UHGV virus genome: UHGV-0179013
DNA: 42,129 nucleotides
Source of the DNA: a virus
Reading direction: 5' to 3' (one strand)
Below are positions 34,176-40,815 of the stretch, piece by piece. Each line of letters begins with the position of its first letter. Position 1 is the stretch's first letter. The position numbers and the translations under genes are program-made. The notes beneath the pieces are model-generated. The model made no database searches. It saw only the letters and a list, made by a program, of their open reading frames with translations, and was not told where the DNA came from.

Positions 34176-34415
34176 TCACACCTCTGCGCTTCTATTCCTC
34201 AATGGAGAAAAAATGAGATTTTCTTTTTTCAAACTGAGGTTGGGGGAAACCTTAGATACAGCAACCTCAATACGTGAGGCCATTGCTACAGATGGACGAC
34301 GGAACCCTAAAGCCATTTGATTTAAGTAAGCGACGCTCGTGCCCGATAGTTGAGCCAACTGCTTCCACTCATCTGTAGTCATAACGTCCCTGATTGAGAG
34401 CAATCCTCTATACAT
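34176..34415 (-). CDS. Cro-like HTH transcriptional regulator
   Basis: 79 aa from ATG at 34415 (GGAGG RBS), or 68 aa from ATG at 34382; HTH segment WKQLAQLSGTSVAYLNQMALGFRRPSVAMASRIEV; divergent from repressor gene across the operator region. Confidence 0.65.
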   Translation of the reverse strand: MYRGLLSIRDVMTTDEWKQLAQLSGTSVAYLNQMALGFRRPSVAMASRIEVAVSKVSPNLSLKKENLIFSPLRNRSAEV

Positions 34416-34440
34416 GTTACCTCCCGCTCTGTATTCATTA

Positions 34441-34507
34441 TTAGCAACGTGCTAACATTAGCACACCACCAAACAATGTAGCAATACGCTACAAAGCACA
34501 TTGCTAA
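34441..34507. promoter_or_regulatory. Immunity-region operator cluster with TTAGCA/TGCTAA half-sites
   Basis: TTAGCAacgTGCTAA (34441-34455), TTAGCA (34459), TGTAGCAatacGCTACA (34478-34494), TGCTAA (34502) in the 105-bp divergent cro/repressor intergenic region. Confidence 0.5.
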
Positions 34508-34520
34508 CAAAGGGGCCAAC

Positions 34521-34976
34521 ATGGAAATCAAAGATATTCGATTAAATAACCTACAATCAGTAATTCAACGCAGCGGTTTAACGCAGACTGAATTGGCTTT
34601 GAAATGTGATATATCTCCTTCACTTATCAGCCAGATAATGACTAAACGCAGAAATATGGGGACCGCTTTTGCCCGGAAACTGGAAGGTAGGCTAAATCTT
34701 TCAGAAGGGTGGTTTGACATGCCTCACTCCCTGCTAGACTCGCCGTGGCATCTGGCAAAAATGGGAGAAAAAGACAATCTAGTGGCTGGTCAAGAACAAC
34801 CATTAAACAAAAGAGAGAGCCGTCTTGTAGAGCTATTCAGACAGATGCCTGAAAGCGAAAAAGACAGAATAATAAATGATTTAGCACAAAAAAAACGAGA
34901 TTTTGACAAACTTCTTGATGAACTAATGGCCGTGAAAGCTGCAAAGATGCCAATTGATAAAAATGAAAATGAATAA
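34521..34976 (+). CDS. CI-like prophage repressor, XRE-type HTH, without S24 peptidase (non-autocleavable) domain
   Basis: 151 aa; N-terminal HTH LTQTELALKCDISPSLISQIM; C-terminal part is charged/coiled-coil-like with no Ser-Lys peptidase motif; AAGGGG RBS. Confidence 0.65.
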   Translation: MEIKDIRLNNLQSVIQRSGLTQTELALKCDISPSLISQIMTKRRNMGTAFARKLEGRLNLSEGWFDMPHSLLDSPWHLAKMGEKDNLVAGQEQPLNKRESRLVELFRQMPESEKDRIINDLAQKKRDFDKLLDELMAVKAAKMPIDKNENE

Positions 34977-35001
34977 TAAAAACATTGTGTTATAAAAAAA
35001 C

Positions 35002-35023
35002 AGCAAAATATTAGCATTTTGCT
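35002..35023. terminator. Hairpin AGCAAAAT-ATTAGC-ATTTTGCT after repressor gene (possible terminator; loop carries an operator half-site)
   Basis: Perfect 8-bp inverted repeat preceded by an A7 run; loop sequence ATTAGC matches the TTAGCA operator half-site. Confidence 0.3.
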
Positions 35024-35024
35024 A

Positions 35025-35085
35025 TTGTCAAAATTAACGCGCAGCGCTACATTCACCTCATCCAGTAAATTAGTGAGGTGAATGT
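35025..35085 (+). promoter_or_regulatory. Candidate promoter (TTGTCA-17 bp-TACATT) overlapped by a perfect 13-bp inverted repeat TACATTCACCTCA-N11-TGAGGTGAATGTA that covers the -10, RBS and start region of the downstream gene
   Basis: Inverted repeat arms at 35048-35060 and 35074-35086; right arm contains the GAGGTG Shine-Dalgarno. Confidence 0.45.
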
Positions 35086-35086
35086 A

Positions 35087-35533
35087 ATGTTCAGTACAAA
35101 TCACGACCCAAGATCAATTAATTCTCTTTTGCTTTGTGCTCAGGTAGCGTTATTGAATGGTTCTGTTTCAAATATCGATATTATCAATGTTTTAGACGTA
35201 GCGCAGGACCTAATTTCATTAACCGTCACCAGCTCGGCTGATAATGAAATAAGCGCCACTAATTCAAACAAAGAACAACCCACACCACGATACGCTCCTT
35301 ACACTGGCAGTATTAACATTGGTCAACGCATACGACTGGCACGCAAATACTCTGACCTAAAACAGAGCCATATAGCTAACGCTTTAGGGGTAACCATTCA
35401 AGCGGTGTCCTTATGGGAAAATGACTCAACAGTTCCCACCTGCGACAAAATTATCCCACTGGCTAACGTACTTAAATGCGATCCGATGTGGTTATTATCA
35501 GGTGCTCCTTTAGAAGTCACAGAGGAATCCTGA
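35087..35533 (+). CDS. Hypothetical protein with C-terminal XRE-type HTH domain (148 aa)
   Basis: ATG at 35087 behind GAGGTG (ORF-track start 35078 is GTG); HTH IGQRIRLARKYSDLKQSHIANALGVTIQAVSLWEN; AT-rich locus downstream of repressor (rex-like position). Confidence 0.5.
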   Translation: MFSTNHDPRSINSLLLCAQVALLNGSVSNIDIINVLDVAQDLISLTVTSSADNEISATNSNKEQPTPRYAPYTGSINIGQRIRLARKYSDLKQSHIANALGVTIQAVSLWENDSTVPTCDKIIPLANVLKCDPMWLLSGAPLEVTEES

Positions 35534-35955
35534 TGATGAAAACCCATGTTGAAATGTTGGAAAGCATCGCAGCTGATATTGTGGAAAACACCTCGTTACT
35601 TGAGGTTATTTACCGCATCAATGAATTGCCACCAGAAGCCGATAATGCAATTGCTTGCCTTATTCGCTCAATGCAGAAAACGCTGGATGGTGTTAATGAG
35701 TATGTTTCGATGTTACCCACTACTACTCGAGGTGATAAAGCAAAAGATAGAATCGATATTGATGATATCGCTGATGATGTATTTAATGTGACTATTACAG
35801 TGAACCAGCTTAACGAACTGGCACATATATACAATGAGTCATATTTCACCGATAAAGATAGTGACGATCCAAAATGCCTGATGTCAGCAACAATTTATGA
35901 CTACGCAAGAAAAGTTAAGGATGAACTGAAAACCATCGAAACTAAATTAGGTTAA
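35533..35955 (+). CDS. Hypothetical acidic protein (140 aa), coupled to upstream HTH gene
   Basis: Start overlaps upstream stop (ATGATGA context); AT-rich; no recognisable motif. Confidence 0.4.
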   Translation: MMKTHVEMLESIAADIVENTSLLEVIYRINELPPEADNAIACLIRSMQKTLDGVNEYVSMLPTTTRGDKAKDRIDIDDIADDVFNVTITVNQLNELAHIYNESYFTDKDSDDPKCLMSATIYDYARKVKDELKTIETKLG

Positions 35956-36010
35956 TAAATAAAATTTTTAATAACGCCTTAATCGGTGGGACATCACTCA
36001 CCCTGAGGAA

Positions 36011-36307
36011 ATGCAAATGAATATTATCGTCAGAAATGAAGTCGTGAATAACAAAGCCCATCCAGCCAATCAGGATGACGACATTCTTTACATAAACAAA
36101 GCCCACAAAACAGCAGAGTGTGCCAATAAATATGCACATGAACTCCGTGCTGAATTTACCCAGTTGCTTATGCCAGCAATCACACGCACTGATGTGAAGG
36201 TAGCGGGAAGATTCACCTCATTACTTAATGAGCTTTGCTTCATGACAAAAATGACGATGGAGAACACCTCAAAGGGGGGGGGCAATAATGACGTTTCTGA
36301 AAGATAA
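36011..36307 (+). CDS. Hypothetical early protein (98 aa)
   Basis: ATG behind GAGGA RBS; AT-rich. Confidence 0.4.
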   Translation: MQMNIIVRNEVVNNKAHPANQDDDILYINKAHKTAECANKYAHELRAEFTQLLMPAITRTDVKVAGRFTSLLNELCFMTKMTMENTSKGGGNNDVSER

Positions 36308-36400
36308 AGCAGCACACAAGACAGCAAAACTTTTCGCCTCTTATGGAAATAGTTATCTGCATATTGCAAACCTTTTTCTGCGCAAGGCTTACGGGCGGTA

Positions 36401-36763
36401 GTGACAATGAAAAACAACATCATTGAAATTTATCGCCGCCGCATTGCTATTGCGACATTAAACCGAATGAAGCGCAAGACAGGAGGTTATTGTCTCTCCG
36501 TAAATATGCCCGATGACAATATTCAGGTTATCGAGATTAACGAAGAATCAATGCTGAAACTTTTGCTGCGCTTCGAAAAACAGGCTCGGACTGAATTCAA
36601 CACAGAAGCGGAAACATTTCTTCGCCAGACGTATATGAAAAGCGTCGATATCAATGGACACACCGAATATCTGACCGAAACCGGAAAGATGATTGTTGAC
36701 GAGATTTTTGCGGAATTAATTAAACACGCGAAAGAGAAATACGTATGTGGAGGAATTAACTGA
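36401..36763 (+). CDS. Hypothetical early protein (120 aa)
   Basis: ORF in early-left operon; stop overlaps next ATG (TGATG). Confidence 0.4.
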   Translation: MTMKNNIIEIYRRRIAIATLNRMKRKTGGYCLSVNMPDDNIQVIEINEESMLKLLLRFEKQARTEFNTEAETFLRQTYMKSVDINGHTEYLTETGKMIVDEIFAELIKHAKEKYVCGGIN

Positions 36764-37013
36764 TGGCCTCACAACAAACAATTATTCACGGAATGCAGAT
36801 CCCCCCCCAGTCCTCAACGTGGATCTGCATGTGCTTCCGGATTTCACCGGACGCGTGGTTCTTTACATCGAAAAAGGGCGTGTGACATGCGACCGCCGGC
36901 TGCTCGACGACGAACATATTTGCGCACTGGACACTTTTATCGAAATGGCCCGCGAAGCCGGGTTACGTATACAGGAGCTAACTGGTGGCACTGACAGCAA
37001 TTCGAATACCTGA
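36763..37013 (+). CDS. Hypothetical early protein whose ATG-initiated frame and long ORF are separated by a C8 homopolymer (frameshift or sequencing error or phase-variable)
   Basis: ATG at 36763 coupled to upstream stop; after C8 (36801-36808) this frame stops after 39 codons, whereas a +1 C would join it to the 88-codon ORF 36747-37013, which itself has only a GTG start. Confidence 0.3.
36801..36808. repeat. Homopolymer tract C8 at a reading-frame junction
   Basis: Eight consecutive C at 36801-36808. Confidence 0.9.
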
Positions 37014-37199
37014 ACGCGTACACCTGCAGGCGATGCAGGTCCTGCTGCGATACCGACGGAAGCGAGTATATGCACGACGTATGCGACGCACCGGATTTCT
37101 CAGTCTGAAGGTTAATCCGCGCTGGCGGATGCTATCGAAAGACAATGGCCGCAATTGGGAAGTAATGAGTCATAAAACGTATAACGGAGAATTAAAACG

Positions 37200-37706
37200 A
37201 TGAGTACCAACAAAAACGACAACGTAAAGCAGCTAGTTGCCCGACTGAAAGAAATGCAGGAGCAGTCCGGTACGCACATCCCCGCGTGGATGCTCGATGA
37301 AAATCGTTACGGCAAAGGTGCTCTGACAACTGAAGAACAGCATGAATGGGCTGAAACCGTTTGTCACTCCATGCGCGGAACTGTCGCCCTGCTTTACCTG
37401 ATTGAATGCGAAAAGCGCTGGGGACTTCGTGACGGTGAGTATCAGTTTAAAACCGGTGAGTTTGTTTTTGGCTTAACGCGGCAGCTTATCGAGAACCTGC
37501 TTATTGAACACGTAGAAGGCGCACTGATCGAGAAAAAACCGCAGGAGCGATATCTGGCTGTATTCCAGTTCTACTCCGCCAACGATCAGCGCCTGAAAGA
37601 AGACGGTCATTCGTGGTTCAGCGGTTTTCTCGACGAGATGTTTATGGATCTTGCTGTTCGGTTACGTGTCGGCGAAGCAATACCCGTTCAACACATTTTG
37701 CACTGA
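37200..37706 (+). CDS. Hypothetical early protein (168 aa)
   Basis: Long ORF in early-left operon; no recognisable motif. Confidence 0.45.
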   Translation: MSTNKNDNVKQLVARLKEMQEQSGTHIPAWMLDENRYGKGALTTEEQHEWAETVCHSMRGTVALLYLIECEKRWGLRDGEYQFKTGEFVFGLTRQLIENLLIEHVEGALIEKKPQERYLAVFQFYSANDQRLKEDGHSWFSGFLDEMFMDLAVRLRVGEAIPVQHILH

Positions 37707-37711
37707 GGTAA

Positions 37712-37996
37712 ATGATGATGAAAAACGAACTTATCACTGTGTGGTACATCGTCACATTCATGGTGACTGAAAATGCCGAGCGCCGCGAATATTCAATCTT
37801 TGTCGGCAGTAGTAGCGAAATGGAGGCGGTGGTTTCTGCGACTGCTGGGCTCTGTAAGGGACATGCTGAATTCAGCGAACCAGCATTCAAATCTATCCGC
37901 ATCGCGACCTATGGCGAGGCCGGATCGCTTGATGCAGAACTCGATGCAATTGCCGAACGGGAACAGAAAGAACTGGAGGAAGAAGACAATGAGTAA
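37712..37996 (+). CDS. Hypothetical early protein (94 aa) with acidic C-terminus
   Basis: ORF ending in an overlap with the Bro-N gene start. Confidence 0.4.
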   Translation: MMMKNELITVWYIVTFMVTENAERREYSIFVGSSSEMEAVVSATAGLCKGHAEFSEPAFKSIRIATYGEAGSLDAELDAIAEREQKELEEEDNE

Positions 37997-38747
37997 TCAA
38001 CTGATGAAATTTAACTCGTCGGATCTCGGCATTTCTCTGAGCGGGATGCTTTACCAGGGGAAACCAGTATTTGATGCCGTTGAGCTGGCAAAATCCCTGG
38101 GTTACGCAAATCCGGCTGACGCGCTAAAAACTCACTGCAAGTCATTGATTAAACTTAATTATAGCGAATCGCGAGAATTGGGTTTTAACGACAAAATTCG
38201 TGGCATGCAACTTGCGTCTGAATCTGATGCTTACCGGCTCATTCTCCGTAGCCAGCTTGCTTCCGCTGAACGTGTACAAGACTGGGTATGCGAAGATGTT
38301 CTGCCATCTATCCGCGAAACTGGCAGCTATAGATACCAACGCCCTAAATCTCAGGCGGAGATCATTGCCGAAATGGCTCTGCTGAATGTTGAGCAGGAGC
38401 GTCGCCTTAACCACGTTGAGGACAAGGTCGTTGAGGTTACCGAGCTAGTAGATCATATCGCTCGTGGTGCAACGCCTCCTGGTTGGGCTGGATACTCAGA
38501 ATTGAAAGCACTGTGCGGACTTTCAGATGCAAAGTGTCGCCAGTTAGTATCCGCTTATGACATCGACCATAAGCCTATCCCATTTATTGCGCCTGGAGGA
38601 ACCAAATCCACCATGACCATTGTGCGTGAGCAGCCATTTATGACGGCATTCACCAAAATGATGTTTGAAGCTGAACCTCGAGGCACCCGGTGGTATCACC
38701 CTAAGATGGGGCTGTTCCAGGTGATTGGATGGGATGGTCAACAGTGA
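37989..38747 (+). CDS. Bro-N domain protein (phage antirepressor-like)
   Basis: ATG at 37989 (ORF-track start 37773 is upstream in the same frame); N-terminus MKFNSSDLGISLSGMLYQGKPVFDAVELAKSLGYANPADALKTHCKS fits the Bro-N pattern. Confidence 0.55.
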   Translation: MSNQLMKFNSSDLGISLSGMLYQGKPVFDAVELAKSLGYANPADALKTHCKSLIKLNYSESRELGFNDKIRGMQLASESDAYRLILRSQLASAERVQDWVCEDVLPSIRETGSYRYQRPKSQAEIIAEMALLNVEQERRLNHVEDKVVEVTELVDHIARGATPPGWAGYSELKALCGLSDAKCRQLVSAYDIDHKPIPFIAPGGTKSTMTIVREQPFMTAFTKMMFEAEPRGTRWYHPKMGLFQVIGWDGQQ

Positions 38748-39169
38748 ACAATAATGAAATTTGGGTACCGGTTGGCTCTGTTGAGCTGGCCCACCAGCAA
38801 GCGCTGATATGGGTGTCTGATGCCTACCTGTTCCACTTAGTCAGCATGCATCGTCGCCCGGTGTACCGCCATCAGTACGGGGATATTTCACTAGACCAAC
38901 CAGCCATTAAGAGCTTTATCGATTCGTATTTGGAAGATAAGGGATGGGATATGGAAAAACGCCGTGCCCATTACATCAACATTCTGGACCTCATTAAATA
39001 TATGCACCGCAGTAATTCTGACTTCATCGACTGGGGGACTGTACCAACACTAACCCCAAGGGGCATCCGATGGATGAATGCTTGCTTCTCGCGGCTGGGC
39101 GAAATGGTTAACAGCTATGGTGGATGGGAAAACTACACAAAAGAAACTGCCGGAGATTCAATTTCATGA
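38729..39169 (+). CDS. Hypothetical early protein (146 aa)
   Basis: ORF in operon context. Confidence 0.4.
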   Translation: MGWSTVNNNEIWVPVGSVELAHQQALIWVSDAYLFHLVSMHRRPVYRHQYGDISLDQPAIKSFIDSYLEDKGWDMEKRRAHYINILDLIKYMHRSNSDFIDWGTVPTLTPRGIRWMNACFSRLGEMVNSYGGWENYTKETAGDSIS

Positions 39170-39390
39170 AAATCCAATACCAGGACTATGGCGCCGTAGC
39201 GAACATCGTGATCACCAGCACTGTGTTTGAGTTCCGTAAACATAACCGCGTGGTAGACGCCACGCTGCTCTGCACACCAGGAATAGTTGCAAACCGTAGT
39301 GGAATGTTCTTCATGAAGACGGTTTTGTCCGGAAAATCTCGCGATATGTTACTAGCCTACAAGACAATTCAACGAGAGGCGACACGATGA
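39166..39390 (+). CDS. Hypothetical early protein (about 75 aa)
   Basis: ATG at 39166 overlapping upstream stop. Confidence 0.35.
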   Translation: MKIQYQDYGAVANIVITSTVFEFRKHNRVVDATLLCTPGIVANRSGMFFMKTVLSGKSRDMLLAYKTIQREATR

Positions 39391-39599
39391 GCAAAGGCCA
39401 GCATTCAGCTTACCCATGCCCGCGCATCGATACTCCCCGTGGCATGACCTATCGCCAGCACCTCGTTGTGCAGATAGCGCCAGTAATGCTCACGAATTTT
39501 TTTAGCAATGATGCATGGCAGGATTACGACGACCTAGCCAGAACTCTGGTGATGGCTGTAGATGCCATCATCGAAGCTGAGCGGGAGACGGCGAAATGA
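39387..39599 (+). CDS. Hypothetical early protein (70 aa)
   Basis: Start/stop overlaps with neighbours. Confidence 0.35.
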   Translation: MSKGQHSAYPCPRIDTPRGMTYRQHLVVQIAPVMLTNFFSNDAWQDYDDLARTLVMAVDAIIEAERETAK

Positions 39600-40057
39600 G
39601 CAAAATCACTAACCCTGTCGTGCTTATCTATAAGCGCGAAAACAGTGATACCTACGCTGTCGCGATCACCAATGGCAGCCAGGACTATCACGACGCCGTT
39701 CTGATGGCGACGATGGAACCGGATATGGCCGGTGATGATGTAGATACCTGGAGCAAAACCGGTTACTACATGGCGGCGGAGATTCAGCGCTTACGCCAGC
39801 AGTTGATCGCCCCTTTAAGTATTGGGGAGTTAATTCAGCGTCTTGAATCGCAGACTGGCGACCACTGGGAGAGAGTGGTTAGCGATGTCACTTCTGGTAA
39901 ACCGTTGACCATCACCCTGCCAGATATTACGTCAAAAGCGTTCTGGAGCGATACCGGGAAAAGCGAAGTATTCCATCCGGAAACCTATAAGCGCTGGGTG
40001 AAAGAAGCTATAGAGCGAGCTTGTGTCATTGCCGGGATCGGCGTGGAGGTGAAGTGA
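39596..40057 (+). CDS. Hypothetical early protein (153 aa)
   Basis: Start/stop overlaps with neighbours. Confidence 0.4.
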   Translation: MSKITNPVVLIYKRENSDTYAVAITNGSQDYHDAVLMATMEPDMAGDDVDTWSKTGYYMAAEIQRLRQQLIAPLSIGELIQRLESQTGDHWERVVSDVTSGKPLTITLPDITSKAFWSDTGKSEVFHPETYKRWVKEAIERACVIAGIGVEVK

Positions 40058-40368
40058 TGACCACCACTACACCAATAATGACCGCCTCAGGAAGTGTGCA
40101 GTTTCGCCACTACATGGTGACTGTTCACGCTATTGAACGCTATATCGAACGCATTGGTGGCGATGTAGGAAATCTGATCCTCGATCTCAAAAACGCCTGG
40201 GTATTTGATGTCAGCAAGAAAGGTATTCCCCGCTCTTTGTGCGCCTCAGTCGCACGCTGCGAACGTGAAGGTGGATACGGGCTCAGGCATGACAAGGCTA
40301 TTTTTCTGATAAAACCCAAGGCGCGCCAGCATGTCATTGTGACGACGTTATCTGCAGAGGTGAAGTAA
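40057..40368 (+). CDS. Hypothetical early protein (about 103 aa)
   Basis: ATG at 40057 overlapping upstream stop (GTGATGA). Confidence 0.4.
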   Translation: MTTTTPIMTASGSVQFRHYMVTVHAIERYIERIGGDVGNLILDLKNAWVFDVSKKGIPRSLCASVARCEREGGYGLRHDKAIFLIKPKARQHVIVTTLSAEVK

Positions 40369-40514
40369 TGCACAAAGCATTTGAAATATGGGTGCGCCAA
40401 CGGTACGGGAGCCGTTACGACCTTACGCGAGATTGCGACGGTTTTTACTGTAGGGAAGTGGTAAAGCGGATGTTTGATGTGTGGCGCCACTGCCGTGGCC
40501 TTGACTTGGTGTGA
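40368..40514 (+). CDS. Unannotated small protein (48 aa) MHKAFEIWVRQRYGSRYDLTRDCDGFYCREVVKRMFDVWRHCRGLDLV
   Basis: Hand-translated; ATG overlaps upstream stop (TAATG); below the ORF-track length cutoff. Confidence 0.35.
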   Translation: MHKAFEIWVRQRYGSRYDLTRDCDGFYCREVVKRMFDVWRHCRGLDLV

Positions 40515-40523
40515 GGCGGGTAT

Positions 40524-40760
40524 ATGAGCAATGTTATTCAGTTAGCTCCTAACGATTGGGTTTGTGAAAGCGTTCTTATCGCGGTTACCGGGCTCAAGCC
40601 CGGTACCATCCTCCGGGCCAGAAAAGAGTGCTGGATGGTTGGGAGGGAGTATATCCACGTATCACCTGACGGGAATCCAAAACCTTCCAGTGAGTGCATG
40701 TATAACAGAAAGGCTGTAGATGCCTGGGTAGCTTCGATGAAAAACAAACAGCCAGGGTGA
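40524..40760 (+). CDS. Excisionase-like protein
   Basis: 78 aa directly upstream of integrase on the same strand; GAGGCGGG RBS; sequence resembles the putative-excisionase family found next to lambdoid prophage integrases. Confidence 0.5.
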   Translation: MSNVIQLAPNDWVCESVLIAVTGLKPGTILRARKECWMVGREYIHVSPDGNPKPSSECMYNRKAVDAWVASMKNKQPG

Positions 40761-40815
40761 TTTGATGCCATGAAAAAGGTAAGCTCATATCGCTCTTGGG
40801 CGTCTGGAGGTATCA

